Source: an uncultured bacterium
GTDB taxonomy: Bacteria; Patescibacteriota; Minisyncoccia; Phycocordibacterales; DATDWN01
Length of the DNA: 64,000 nt
NCBI GenBank assembly: GCA_903870365.1
Contig: CAIQCQ010000034.1
Location: 2,665 to 66,664 of the forward strand
Reading direction: 5' to 3'
This document shows positions 10,048 through 20,425 of the stretch, one piece after another; within the stretch, counting starts at the first letter, position 1; the number at the start of each line of letters is the position of its first letter. A program made the translations under genes and the position numbers. The notes beneath the pieces are model-generated. The model saw only the letters and a list, made by a program, of their open reading frames with translations. It made no database searches and was not told the origin of the DNA.

Positions 10048-11826
10048 ATGAAAAATATCTTTGATGCAGTAAAAAAATATGCTCTCGCTCACAAAATAAT
10101 CAGCACGATTGTTATCTTGGTGGTGATATACGGCGGATACAAAATATATGTGAGCGCTCACACCACCACAGGAGTGACTCGCTATGTCCTTGGTACCGTA
10201 CAAAAAGGCCTTGTTATTTCTAGTCTGTCAGAAAGTGGTCAAGTATCAACCACAAACCAGATTGATGTTGCATCAAAAGTTTCTGGGAATATTACGTGGG
10301 TTGGAGTCAAAGTTGGTGACACTGTCTATGCTGGCCAAGCACTTGCAAGTATTGATAATACAACAGCCAAACAAGCCGTAACTGATGCTGAAGCTTCTCT
10401 TGCCGGAGCCCAATTGCAATATCAACAAGATCAAGCATCCGCACCAATCAACTATCAAAATACACTCACTGCTTTAACAACCGCTCAAGACAACCTTGCT
10501 ACAGAATACAACAATACATTTAATGATCTTTCTAATACATATCTGGATCTCCCGACGGTGATCAATGGTGCACAAAATATTTTATACGGTTTTGATTTGA
10601 GTCCAAGTAAAACACAGGCCAATGCTGACGTATTGATCAATACATTTAACAATGATCTTCAGACGACCGTACGAACGTCGGCAACACAAGCAGAAAGTGA
10701 TTATACAACAGCTCGGTCTTCATATGACCCCGCTCTTGCCCAATATCAAATTACTCAAAGAAATTCTGCAACCAGTACCATCGAAACACTCTTGACGACA
10801 TCAATTCAAACGACTACAAATATTGCGCAAGCACTACAAAGTGAACTTAACTTCCTCGCTCTTGTCAGTGATGTGGCTACCCAAAACAATATTCATATAC
10901 CGACCACAATTACCACACTGCAAACAAATGCAAGAAATTATCTCACCACAACAAACAACGATCTCAGTCTCTTACTTTCAGAAAAGAAAGCCTTACAATC
11001 AGCAAAACAAACAATTACAACTGATCAACAAAACATCGTACTTCTCCAGGTTGGCAACCCAACTCAAGACAACCCCATCACGCTCCAAATTGAAAAAAAT
11101 AACTTGGCCAAACAACAACAAGATTTAGATAATCTCAAAACTACACTCGGATACTATACGATCACCGCTCCTTTTGCCGGCACCATATCTGCTGTGCCTG
11201 CAAAAGTTGGTCTCAATGCGGGAACCATTGCCACTGTGGTCACCAACCAACAAATTGCTCAACTTTCTGTCAACGAAGTAGACGCAGCAAAAATTGCTCT
11301 CGGAGACAAAGCGGTTATTACTTTTGATGCGTTGAGTGACTTGAGTATTACGGGAACTATTAATGAAATTGATCCTGTCGGTACCGTCAGTCAAGGTGTG
11401 GTGAGCTATATCGTCAAAATAACGTTTGATACCCAAGACCCACGTGTCAAACCAGGCATGACAGTCAACGCTTCGATCCAAACAGCAGCACATCCAGATG
11501 TACTGTACGTACCAAGCAGTGCAGTCAAAACAACTGCTGGTGCAAGTTATGTTCAAGCTTTTACTCCCCCACTCGTTGATACCAGTAATGGTGCCGGCAT
11601 GACATCAGCAACACCACCAGTACAAACACCAGTTACTGTTGGTATATCAAACAGCACCAGTGTTGAAATCCTTTCTGGAGTGACCGAAGGACAACAAATT
11701 GTCACACGAACTACGACTGGCACAACAGCCACAAAAACAACAACTACTCCAACTGCCACATCACTCCTTGGGGGTGGTGCCGGAGGACGTCCTGGAGCAA
11801 CTGGTGGGGTAAGAATTGGAGGATAA
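10048..11826 (+). CDS. efflux transporter periplasmic adaptor (HlyD/MacA family) with an extended Q/T/N-rich coiled coil and a Gly-rich tail
   Basis: N-terminal TM; biotinyl-lipoyl-like and beta-barrel segments (ITAPFAGTISAV...GTINEIDPVG); upstream of the MacB-type ABC pair. Confidence 0.7.
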   Translation: MKNIFDAVKKYALAHKIISTIVILVVIYGGYKIYVSAHTTTGVTRYVLGTVQKGLVISSLSESGQVSTTNQIDVASKVSGNITWVGVKVGDTVYAGQALASIDNTTAKQAVTDAEASLAGAQLQYQQDQASAPINYQNTLTALTTAQDNLATEYNNTFNDLSNTYLDLPTVINGAQNILYGFDLSPSKTQANADVLINTFNNDLQTTVRTSATQAESDYTTARSSYDPALAQYQITQRNSATSTIETLLTTSIQTTTNIAQALQSELNFLALVSDVATQNNIHIPTTITTLQTNARNYLTTTNNDLSLLLSEKKALQSAKQTITTDQQNIVLLQVGNPTQDNPITLQIEKNNLAKQQQDLDNLKTTLGYYTITAPFAGTISAVPAKVGLNAGTIATVVTNQQIAQLSVNEVDAAKIALGDKAVITFDALSDLSITGTINEIDPVGTVSQGVVSYIVKITFDTQDPRVKPGMTVNASIQTAAHPDVLYVPSSAVKTTAGASYVQAFTPPLVDTSNGAGMTSATPPVQTPVTVGISNSTSVEILSGVTEGQQIVTRTTTGTTATKTTTTPTATSLLGGGAGGRPGATGGVRIGG

Positions 11827-11928
11827 CGCAAGCCGAAATAAGAATAACGAATTAAGAATTACGAATAATTTTTCCATCGTTTTCTATCCATCGTATTTCA
11901 TAATTCATACTTCGTAATTCTACCCAAC

Positions 11929-12639
11929 ATGATTGAAATTAAAAATATCACAAAAACATACGGTACTGGTGATACAGCCTTCCAGGCATTAAAAGGTGTT
12001 TCTTTTACCATCGAAGACGGTGATTTTGTAGCCATCATGGGTCCATCTGGTTCTGGTAAATCGACCTTGATGCATATCCTTGGTTGTCTCGATACACCAA
12101 CCAGTGGAACATACCTACTCGACAAACACGATGTCTCTACATTTTCTGATGACGAACTGGCTGACATACGCAAAGATAAAATTGGTTTTGTGTTTCAATC
12201 GTTCAATCTTCTGCCTCGTACCACCGTGTTACGTAATGTCATGCTTCCACTCATTTACGCTGGTGTTGATGAAGAGACGCGAGAAAAACGCGCCAAAGAT
12301 GCACTCCTTGCTGCCGGCCTTGCCGAAACGCACTTTGAACACCGCTCAAATGAAATATCTGGTGGACAGATCCAACGTGTGGCAATTGCCCGAGCACTGG
12401 TCAATGATCCATCACTAATACTCGCCGATGAACCAACAGGAAATCTTGATACAAAAACGGGAGACATTGTTCTTGGCACATTTGAGCGTCTCAATCGTGA
12501 ACGTGGACGTACTATTATCCTCATCACTCATGAACCTGATGTAGCAGAACATGCACGTAGAATTATTACTATTCGTGATGGACTCATTGTCAGTGATAGT
12601 ACAGCGCATAAACGAATACATGCAAAAATAGAAAACTAA
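11929..12639 (+). CDS. ABC transporter ATP-binding protein (MacB/LolD type)
   Basis: Walker A GPSGSGKST, signature ISGGQIQRVAIARAL, Walker B ILADEPTGNLD. Confidence 0.9.
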   Translation: MIEIKNITKTYGTGDTAFQALKGVSFTIEDGDFVAIMGPSGSGKSTLMHILGCLDTPTSGTYLLDKHDVSTFSDDELADIRKDKIGFVFQSFNLLPRTTVLRNVMLPLIYAGVDEETREKRAKDALLAAGLAETHFEHRSNEISGGQIQRVAIARALVNDPSLILADEPTGNLDTKTGDIVLGTFERLNRERGRTIILITHEPDVAEHARRIITIRDGLIVSDSTAHKRIHAKIEN

Positions 12640-12644
12640 CATTT

Positions 12645-13877
12645 ATGAACATTACCGACATCTTACAGGAGACTTATACGGCACTATCAGCGAACAAGGT
12701 TCGTAGCAGTCTTACTGTGCTCGGTATTGTCATCGGTATCTCTTCGGTTATCGCTATGGTAGCTATTGGAAACGGTGCCTCTGCATCCATCTCTTCACGT
12801 ATTTCATCACTTGGATCAAACCTCATCATGATCTCCCCTGGTGCGCAACGTTCACAGGGTTTTGGAGTCAGTTCTGGCCGAGGCGCAGCTAAAAGTCTGA
12901 CCCAAGGAGACGCTGATGCTATATCCGCACAAGTTTCAAATGTTGTGGCAGTTGCTTCAGAAGTCTCTGGTCGATATCAAATTACGGCAAAAGGTACAAA
13001 TACAAATACCACCGTTGACGGGGTAACTTCCGCATATGCATCTATCCGTAACGTAGCAATAGATCAAGGCTCATTTATCTCTGACAATGATGACCAATCA
13101 GTCTCAAAAGTAGCTGTCATTGGACCAACCGTCGTAACTGATTTGTTTGGAACGACAGCCGTACCTTCTGATGCAATTGGTCAGACAATCCGCATCAATG
13201 GTATGGAGTTTACAGTCATTGGTGTCACAGTAGCAAAAGGTGGTACTGGTTTTGGAAATCAAGATGACATGATCTATATTCCCGCACAAAGTGCTATGCG
13301 TTACCTCAGTGGTAGTCAATATGTCACGTCGATTGATGTCCAAGCCTCTGATCCCAACGCCATGACTCAAGCACAGTCAGATATCACCAACCTCCTGCTC
13401 CAACGTCACAATATCAGTGACCCGACCCAAGCAGACTTTAGTGTTCTCAATCAAAATGATATTCTTGCTACCGCTTCAAGTGTAACAAATACTTTGACTT
13501 ACCTCCTGGCAGCAGTGGCTGGTATTTCGCTCGTCGTCGGTGGTATTGGTATCATGAACATGATGCTCACCACAGTGACTGAACGTACTCGAGAAATTGG
13601 TCTACGAAAAGCTATTGGTGCAAAAAAAGAAGATATCAGTAAACAATTTTTGATTGAAGCCACTGCTCTGACCCTCATTGGTGGTACCATCGGTATCAGC
13701 CTCGGGTGGCTCATTGCGTATGGAGTCAATGCACTGGGCATCATTAGCGCCACAGTGTCGCTGTCTTCAGTGTTATTGGCTTTTGGGGTGAGTGCGGTGA
13801 TTGGGATTACCTTTGGGTATTACCCAGCCCGCCGAGCTTCTGCTTTAAATCCCATTGAGGCTCTGAGGTATGAGTAA
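12645..13877 (+). CDS. ABC transporter permease (FtsX/MacB family)
   Basis: 410 aa; MacB periplasmic domain and C-terminal FtsX 4-TM region (LTTVTERTREIGLRKAIGA). Confidence 0.85.
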   Translation: MNITDILQETYTALSANKVRSSLTVLGIVIGISSVIAMVAIGNGASASISSRISSLGSNLIMISPGAQRSQGFGVSSGRGAAKSLTQGDADAISAQVSNVVAVASEVSGRYQITAKGTNTNTTVDGVTSAYASIRNVAIDQGSFISDNDDQSVSKVAVIGPTVVTDLFGTTAVPSDAIGQTIRINGMEFTVIGVTVAKGGTGFGNQDDMIYIPAQSAMRYLSGSQYVTSIDVQASDPNAMTQAQSDITNLLLQRHNISDPTQADFSVLNQNDILATASSVTNTLTYLLAAVAGISLVVGGIGIMNMMLTTVTERTREIGLRKAIGAKKEDISKQFLIEATALTLIGGTIGISLGWLIAYGVNALGIISATVSLSSVLLAFGVSAVIGITFGYYPARRASALNPIEALRYE

Positions 13878-14147
13878 TGCTTTGGTCTTTTTGTCCGATT
13901 TCATCTTCCGACTTTGTTTTCTTACGAGCAAAGCGAGTTAGAAACACAAGAAGTACCCTTGTGGTGAAATTTTAAAAATGCTCGTCACCGTACGACAGGT
14001 ACGGCTTCTCACATTTTTAAATTTTCCCATTATGAATACATAATGAGTAAGTGTTCCCTTATAAGCGAACTCGAACAAAAATCCTCAAAGTGTGGTTAAC
14101 CTTTAGAAATTAGAAATTTTATTTAAAAAAATAATTTAATTACACAT

Positions 14148-14552
14148 ATGAATAAAACAACTGGCATCATATTAGGTTTGGTTCTCATAATTCTCTCTTT
14201 CTACGGTGGTATGAAATACGATCAGAGTAAGGTCGCTTCCACACAAACAGCTCGCACAGGTCAATTTGCTGGACGTGCTGGTGGTGCACGTGGTGGAGTT
14301 TTTGGTGGTGGTGCCATGGGTCAAATTCTTTCCAAAGACGCTCAGAGTATTACCATTGCCCTCATGAGCACATCATCTACTGTCTCCACAGGTTCTGCTA
14401 TTGTCTACGTATCTGCCAGTACCACCATCGCTAAAACAACTACCATACCATTATCTGCTTTGAATATTGGTGACACTGTTATTGTTGCAGGATCAAAGGA
14501 TGCGAGTGGGGCTATCAGTGCAACCTCCATCCAAATTCGCCCTTTACGTTAG
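14148..14552 (+). CDS. hypothetical membrane-anchored Gly-rich protein
   Basis: 134 aa; signal/TM then GRAGGARGGVFGGGAMGQ. Confidence 0.4.
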   Translation: MNKTTGIILGLVLIILSFYGGMKYDQSKVASTQTARTGQFAGRAGGARGGVFGGGAMGQILSKDAQSITIALMSTSSTVSTGSAIVYVSASTTIAKTTTIPLSALNIGDTVIVAGSKDASGAISATSIQIRPLR

Positions 14553-14741
14553 TAAGATAAACAACAGAACTTCCAAATCTGGCGCATTTCGTTGTCAGAC
14601 TTCAAAAAATATTCCTCACCGTACGTCTAGTACGGCTCGAAACATTTTTATCGTCTTCCTAGAACTGCATCCAGATTTGAAAGTTGAGCTTAACCTAACC
14701 TCTAGTTTTGATACAATCATGCAAAATGCTATGATTTTGTA

Positions 14742-15515
14742 ATGGAAATAGACAAACACAAAAAGCAGTTCGGCAATCAAGCTGAAAATTACACAAAATA
14801 TAGAAAGCCTTATACAGAGAAGTTGTATGAGCTTCTTTTTTCGCTTGCGCCACAAGGACAAAAGAAAATCCTTGATATTGCTTGTGGAACAGGAAAATCA
14901 ACAGAACCATTAGTAAAAGACGTTGTTGAAGTATTTGGCTGTGATCACGATCCGCTAATGATTACTGAGGCTCAAAAGCAGGCTGAAATAAAAAATCTTT
15001 CCATTCACTACAGTGTTGCTGATGTTGAACATTTACCATTTGCTGATGCAAGTTTTGATGTTGTCACTGTTGGTACTGCTTTTCACTGGTTTGTAAATGA
15101 AAAATCTGCAACAGAGATTAAGCGTGTTTTGAAAGATAAAGGCTTGTTATTTGTATTTTGGACATTAACCGTAAAAGATGTACCAGAAGAAGACTCCCTC
15201 CCGAGAAGTTTTTTCCAGTCGTTTAATTGGGAAAAAGTCCCACAAAAATTGAGAGATTTGAATTATATTTCCACTTTCTTTAAAGAACAGGGTTTTGAGA
15301 ATATTGAAACATCACGAATTTCAGTGAGTCACAATGATACTGTTGAGGAGCAAGTTGGACTCATGAAGACTGCTTCCAGTTATGAGCTTCTTTCAGAAAG
15401 CGAAAAAGAACGATTTGTAAAAGAGATGACTGAAACTTTGACTAAAAAATTAGGTACCAGACTATACTTTACTTTTGAAGAGGAAGTACAGGTATGTTAC
15501 GGATTTAAAATTTAA
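14742..15515 (+). CDS. class I SAM-dependent methyltransferase
   Basis: Motif I ILDIACGTGKST; post-I DVVE.FGCD. Confidence 0.8.
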   Translation: MEIDKHKKQFGNQAENYTKYRKPYTEKLYELLFSLAPQGQKKILDIACGTGKSTEPLVKDVVEVFGCDHDPLMITEAQKQAEIKNLSIHYSVADVEHLPFADASFDVVTVGTAFHWFVNEKSATEIKRVLKDKGLLFVFWTLTVKDVPEEDSLPRSFFQSFNWEKVPQKLRDLNYISTFFKEQGFENIETSRISVSHNDTVEEQVGLMKTASSYELLSESEKERFVKEMTETLTKKLGTRLYFTFEEEVQVCYGFKI

Positions 15516-15522
15516 CAATCAC

Positions 15523-16077
15523 ATGGAACAACCTAAAAAAGTTTTTATCTACGGCGTTCCGGGCTCTGGGAAAACCACATTTTCTTTGTATCTAAATAAT
15601 ACACTGAATTATCCACTTATTGAGGGAGATACCTTGAGGACTCTTGCTCAGAAAGATAAAACCAGAGAAAAAGATCCTTTTGCGTATATAGGAATTAGTG
15701 GTGCATTCCGAAAATTTGGTGACCCAACAGAAGAAAATGTCATCAAAGGACTCAAAGCTGTAAGACAAAATATGGTTCCCTATATACAAGAAGAGATAGA
15801 AAAATATCCCAATGAATTAATACTGGAATGCGCTTTTTTAGATCCGGAGCAAGTAATGGGTAAAGGTAAAATAATTCTATTAACTAAAGAAGACGAAGAA
15901 GCTCATCGAAAACAGTTTTTTGATCACAGAGAAGAAAACGAAAAAAGTCTGGAACATTTTAAAGCAGCCCGAATCATTCAAAATTACTTAATTAAAGAAG
16001 CAACAAAATATATTGTGGAAACAGTAGAAAATAATTTCGATTTCAAACCATCAGAGCACAATCAAAATATAAGTTAA
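15523..16077 (+). CDS. P-loop NTPase / putative nucleoside(-monophosphate) kinase
   Basis: Walker A GVPGSGKTT; start taken at MEQPKK (ORF track starts at 15475). Confidence 0.5.
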   Translation: MEQPKKVFIYGVPGSGKTTFSLYLNNTLNYPLIEGDTLRTLAQKDKTREKDPFAYIGISGAFRKFGDPTEENVIKGLKAVRQNMVPYIQEEIEKYPNELILECAFLDPEQVMGKGKIILLTKEDEEAHRKQFFDHREENEKSLEHFKAARIIQNYLIKEATKYIVETVENNFDFKPSEHNQNIS

Positions 16078-16088
16078 TACCCTATATA

Positions 16089-16667
16089 TTACACCACCTC
16101 AACACTCTTCCTTTTCTCCCGTATCTTCACCAAAACATACACTAATGGCACAATGAGTACGACGGCGATGGTGTAATAGGCAATGTATGTCGGACCAAGG
16201 CGGAGGGCGTAGCGGCCAAAGTAATAGCCGATAGCAAGCAGGATGAGTGAACGGATGGCATTGAGGACACCGGCAAAGGTCAAAAAGTTTTTGAACGACA
16301 TTTTTGACACACCACTCGCCACCATAAAAGCCATACCGAGACCGTATGATGCTTTTGCTACGATCATAGTCTTCCACGGTGAACGCTCATACTGTTCCTC
16401 TATCTTTGCAATACGTTCATCAGTCATTCGTAAAAATTTCCATCGTCGAATAGCGGTCTTTCCTCCCCTTCCTAAAAAGTAAAAAAATGAATCTGATATA
16501 AGATCACCAAAAAAGACCACGAGAAATGCCCCTAAAAAAGTCAGCACTCCACGCGAGACTAAAAAACCAGAAATGATGGTGATAATCGGTCCTTCGAGTA
16601 CCGCAATAGGAAAAATCGCTTGGTACTTGTACATTCGAAAAAAACTGATGAGTGCACGCATGGTCAT
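16089..16667 (-). CDS. DedA family membrane protein
   Basis: DedA/SNARE-associated pattern (FPIAVLEGPIITIISGFLVSRG...FFGDLISDSFFYFLGR). Confidence 0.8.
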   Translation of the reverse strand: MTMRALISFFRMYKYQAIFPIAVLEGPIITIISGFLVSRGVLTFLGAFLVVFFGDLISDSFFYFLGRGGKTAIRRWKFLRMTDERIAKIEEQYERSPWKTMIVAKASYGLGMAFMVASGVSKMSFKNFLTFAGVLNAIRSLILLAIGYYFGRYALRLGPTYIAYYTIAVVLIVPLVYVLVKIREKRKSVEVV

Positions 16668-16676
16668 ATGTATATA

Positions 16677-16841
16677 TTATTGGCTGATTTTATACCCTAC
16701 ATAAATTCCCAAGATACCGCCGACCGCTCCCCACACCATAGCTGACATAGATAATTCGCTCGCGCCCCACAGAAGTGGCAAAAAACTTCCTACGAGAGAT
16801 CCTACCATCATCCCTCCCCAAATCAACTGTTTTGCTTCCAT
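16677..16841 (-). CDS. small glycine-zipper membrane protein (GlsB/YeaQ/YmgE-like), 54 aa
   Basis: Unlisted ORF read from the sequence: MEAKQLIWGGMMVGSLVGSF...GAVGGILGIYVGYKISQ. Confidence 0.4.
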   Translation of the reverse strand: MEAKQLIWGGMMVGSLVGSFLPLLWGASELSMSAMVWGAVGGILGIYVGYKISQ

Positions 16842-16846
16842 AAAAA

Positions 16847-17272
16847 TTAATTTTGTATATTCGTATTAACCTGTTCTTGAACCAAACTCATGTTTTGTTT
16901 TCCTTGTAACCAGATTGTATCAAGAGACCAATCATCTCTGCCATTCAAAAATATAGAGACTGCAGACAGTGCCAAACCAACATCACGCACTGCCACGTCC
17001 CCATACCCCACCGTATAGGCAATATCAAACAAATGAAGAGCAATGATCAGTGCTGTGTACCGAGTGGCTATACCTGCAATCAGAGCGGTGCCAACGACAA
17101 GTTCAAATGCACCATTGAGATATATAAGTACTGTTGGACTAAGGCCAAGCATAGTAGTCCATGTAGGGAGCAAAAACACCCACATCTCTGGATGCAATAT
17201 CTGTTCCACACCAAACCACAGCACAACTAAGGCAATACCGACTCGCACAACGACAGGGGCGTATTTTTTCAT
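16847..17272 (-). CDS. DoxX family membrane protein
   Basis: 141 aa, 4 TM helices, DoxX-like. Confidence 0.7.
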   Translation of the reverse strand: MKKYAPVVVRVGIALVVLWFGVEQILHPEMWVFLLPTWTTMLGLSPTVLIYLNGAFELVVGTALIAGIATRYTALIIALHLFDIAYTVGYGDVAVRDVGLALSAVSIFLNGRDDWSLDTIWLQGKQNMSLVQEQVNTNIQN

Positions 17273-17369
17273 CCCGTTAGAGTTTTAATAAGAATTTTTT
17301 AATAATTAAACAGTCTACAGAGTAAATATACCTGTACTATATTAACCCCTTAGATAAAACTCTAACGGG
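17273..17369 (-). mobile_element. MITE-like 98-nt element, copy 2, inserted at the doxX start codon
   Basis: TIR CCCGTTAGAGTTTTA / TAAAACTCTAACGGG; flanking direct repeat ATGA. Confidence 0.7.
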
Positions 17370-17429
17370 ATCATATGAATATATTATACGCAATATACGT
17401 ATGTAAGTACATTTTGTATGCACACACAT

Positions 17430-18314
17430 TTACCTCTTTTCAAGAAACAATTCTCCAGGAAAACCGTCTGATTTTTCACATGAATAATCACTTTTTATGA
17501 TGACGTATTCAAATGTAAAGTGATGACGTAATATATCTGGCGACACAAAAAACAAACCCGTGGTCAAGGCATCTGCGACGATGGTGCTATCAGCCACCAC
17601 CCATACAGCCAAAATATCTTGTGGCGAGGTTAATGTCTCTGGACTAATAACATGATGGAAGTTCTGCCACACTCGACGATTACCGGCAGAGCCACACAAA
17701 CTCGCATTGGACAAAGTAACTGTACCAATAACTTGAGTTGTATCCTCTGGATGTTCCAAGCCTACCGTCAATGCGGGACCCGCGACATGACGATGACGCA
17801 TATCTCCTCCTGCATCTACACAATACGCATGAATCCCATATCCTTCTATCACTTGCGATACAACATCAACACAATATCCTTTACCCGCTGCTCCAAAATC
17901 AAGCAGTGCTGGTACGCGCATGTGTATCTGTGGGGCTGTATATGAAAACACCTCGTCCCACCCAAGAGGTTTTGTCAGTGGTTTCTTTTGTATCAAAGAA
18001 TATTTCGCATCATACCCTGCATCCACAAGTACCTGGCCAATAAGTGGTGTGACTAGACCATGCGTCACATCGTACATTTTTTTGTAGACAGCAAATAATT
18101 CTTTTGCATCATCTGGTAGTACATAGTCACCAGCAGTCCGAGCCATTTCTGATACTACCGAATCATCTCGAAAACGCGAATAGGTTTTATCAAAGATTGC
18201 AATACGCTCAAGGATCTTGTGGTACACCAAATCGACTTGTTCAGCTGTGTATTCGCCGTACAAGTCGATGACCCAATGAGTGCCAATAGCCTCGAAAATA
18301 AGTTGAGAGGACAT
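17430..18314 (-). CDS. apbE: FAD:protein FMN transferase
   Basis: ApbE-family sequence (DFGAAGKGYCVD...VDAGGD). Confidence 0.85.
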   Translation of the reverse strand: MSSQLIFEAIGTHWVIDLYGEYTAEQVDLVYHKILERIAIFDKTYSRFRDDSVVSEMARTAGDYVLPDDAKELFAVYKKMYDVTHGLVTPLIGQVLVDAGYDAKYSLIQKKPLTKPLGWDEVFSYTAPQIHMRVPALLDFGAAGKGYCVDVVSQVIEGYGIHAYCVDAGGDMRHRHVAGPALTVGLEHPEDTTQVIGTVTLSNASLCGSAGNRRVWQNFHHVISPETLTSPQDILAVWVVADSTIVADALTTGLFFVSPDILRHHFTFEYVIIKSDYSCEKSDGFPGELFLEKR

Positions 18315-18353
18315 ATGAACGGAAATGCAAATTCCTATTGTTTAATTAGAAAA

Positions 18354-18508
18354 ACTTTCATAATTTGATTGAGATCGCGTATAAGGGCACACTTACTCAT
18401 TATGTATTCATAATGGGAAATTTTCGGAAGATTCGTAGACGTATTAGACATACGGCGGAGAATATTTTTTAGAATTTAGACGATGAGATCGGTCAAATTT
18501 GGAAGTTT
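18354..18508. repeat. Repeat-C copy 3 (divergent, with an insertion)
   Basis: Shares CTTTCATAATTT...CGATGAGATCGGTCAAATTTGGAAGTT with 2223-2342 and 38776-38895. Confidence 0.6.
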
Positions 18509-18515
18509 TAAAAGT

Positions 18516-19025
18516 TTACGCTGTTGCCTGAGTTTTAATTTTGGAAACCGCATCATTAAACCCTCGTGGTGTCAGTGATGAACCAGATACTTTAGTAAGA
18601 TTCAATGTACTGATATCCTGACCGACAACATACGCTTTATATCCTCCAATAAACATTGCTTGATAGCGGGCTGATGTTCCATCACCAGCTCCAGAGGTTA
18701 CTGTAGCGTCTGTCACAATATCATTTTTCAAAACCAACGTGACGTGTACTGCATCATTACCACCAGGTGATGAATAATATCCATCCGCAGAATATGTACC
18801 ATCTTTATATTTTGATGTTGGTGCGACATCTGCTGGTGTCGTAGAAGAAGCTGGTGTTGTCACGGGGGCAGTATTAGTCGTATCTACTGGTGCCACTGCT
18901 ACAGGCTGACTGTTTGACTGGTTATTTTTTACTGCAAAAATAACTGCTCCAGCAATAACAACGACCCCAACAATACCTGCAATGAGACTTGTGTTTGATT
19001 TTTTTATTGGTTGAATAGGATCCAT
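18516..19025 (-). CDS. FMN-binding domain protein (probable ApbE flavinylation substrate), membrane-anchored
   Basis: N-terminal TM; FMN_bind-like C-terminus with VSGSSLT (cf. SGATLT flavinylation motif); adjacent to apbE. Confidence 0.55.
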   Translation of the reverse strand: MDPIQPIKKSNTSLIAGIVGVVVIAGAVIFAVKNNQSNSQPVAVAPVDTTNTAPVTTPASSTTPADVAPTSKYKDGTYSADGYYSSPGGNDAVHVTLVLKNDIVTDATVTSGAGDGTSARYQAMFIGGYKAYVVGQDISTLNLTKVSGSSLTPRGFNDAVSKIKTQATA

Positions 19026-19226
19026 ATGTGAAAAATTAAATTATAATCGACTATTATAGCATACGTATATACCCGAGCAAAAAGATTCAAATACCAAGAT
19101 ACTCCACCATTTCATATTCACTTCTGTCTTTATAGACTTTAGATTTTTCACCTCAGGAGTACCTGATGTATAAGTGTTCATTTCATTCCGTTATGGACTT
19201 TTAATTGTGGTGCTATACTTATTCCC

Positions 19227-19850
19227 ATGCGGCCATTTCCCTATAAACAAGACTCTCGATTTGCCCTATTCAAAAAGCTCAATTCCCCTGCAAAAATACA
19301 GGATTTTCTCAATACCATCCCATTTAACTTTGAAACAAACGGCGACACCTGCAAATCCCCGCTTCGCACCCTTACAGAACACTCTGCCCAGTGCATGGAA
19401 GGTGCTATGCTTGCTGCTGCCATACTCTGGTACCACGGCGAGAGACCTTTGATCCTCGACCTTCGTACCAACAAACATGATTTTGATCATGTTGTCACTC
19501 TCTTTACACGCAATGGCCTGTGGGGTGCAATCAGCAAAACAAACCACGCCGTCCTCCGCTATCGTGATCCAGTCTATACCAGCGTACGTGAACTGGTCAT
19601 GTCATATTTTCATGAATACTTTACTGATGATGGTAAAAAAACGCTAGTGAGTTATTCTGCGCCATATAGTCTACTCTGTTTTAGTAATGACTGGCTGATC
19701 GCAGACGAAGACATCTGGTATATCCCCACTCAGCTCGATGATTCCAAACACATTCCCATCGCTCCACTATCAATTATGAAAAACCTCCGTCCCACTGACC
19801 AAGTCGAGAGAGAATATGGAAAGATTGTTGAATGGAAGAAAAAATCTTGA
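19227..19850 (+). CDS. hypothetical protein, possible transglutaminase-like Cys/His/Asp papain-fold
   Basis: 207 aa; SAQCMEGAMLAAAIL...DFDHVV arrangement. Confidence 0.3.
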   Translation: MRPFPYKQDSRFALFKKLNSPAKIQDFLNTIPFNFETNGDTCKSPLRTLTEHSAQCMEGAMLAAAILWYHGERPLILDLRTNKHDFDHVVTLFTRNGLWGAISKTNHAVLRYRDPVYTSVRELVMSYFHEYFTDDGKKTLVSYSAPYSLLCFSNDWLIADEDIWYIPTQLDDSKHIPIAPLSIMKNLRPTDQVEREYGKIVEWKKKS

Positions 19851-19856
19851 ATAAAC

Positions 19857-19881
19857 AAAAAACCGCCGAAGCGGTTTTTTA
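19857..19881. terminator. bidirectional rho-independent terminator
   Basis: AAAAAACCGC-cgaa-GCGGTTTTTT between convergent genes. Confidence 0.7.
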
Positions 19882-19920
19882 TTTATCAATAGGACATGTA
19901 TCCTACAGAAAAAATTACAA

Positions 19921-20178
19921 TTATGATAGATGCTTTGAAACAAGCTTAGTCATTTCAAACATGTTGACCACAGCCTTACCACCAAACACTTTCTTCAAAG
20001 GTTCATCTGCGACAATGTTTCGCTTGTTCTTTGGATCCTGGAGGTCCTTACCCTTGATGTATACCCAAAGCTTCTTTACAACCTCTGATCGAGGCATTGG
20101 ACCCTTTCCTACGACAACAGCCAAATCAGGACTGATGGTCATTGGCTTCATAAATGCAGAATTTACTTTTTTTTCCAT
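19921..20178 (-). CDS. SWIB/MDM2 domain protein
   Basis: ISPDLAVVVGKGPMPRSEVVKKLWVYIKGKDLQDPKNKRNIVADEPLKKVFGG...MFEMTKLVSKHL matches the SWIB fold consensus. Confidence 0.7.
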   Translation of the reverse strand: MEKKVNSAFMKPMTISPDLAVVVGKGPMPRSEVVKKLWVYIKGKDLQDPKNKRNIVADEPLKKVFGGKAVVNMFEMTKLVSKHLS

Positions 20179-20295
20179 AATATTTGTCGGACTTTCACAA
20201 AGTCCCTCTTAATTCTAATTATTATTAACTGTCCCACTACTATACCATAGGCTCTCCCTAGGGGGAAATACCTTGTCCACTGTACAGAATCACTC

Positions 20296-20388
20296 GGATT
20301 GTTTTTAAAAGAGCACGCATAAAACTTTGCTAAGTTTTTGCTCAGTCTCGCGCCGCCGCGCTTGCGAAGCCTCTTTTAAAAACAATCC
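20296..20388. repeat. 18-bp perfect inverted repeat (GGATTGTTTTTAAAAGAG / CTCTTTTAAAAACAATCC) around a 57-nt loop
   Basis: Read directly from the sequence; intergenic. Confidence 0.8.
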
Positions 20389-20425
20389 TCATTCCAGCTA
20401 AATAAAACAAAAAATACGAGTGATT

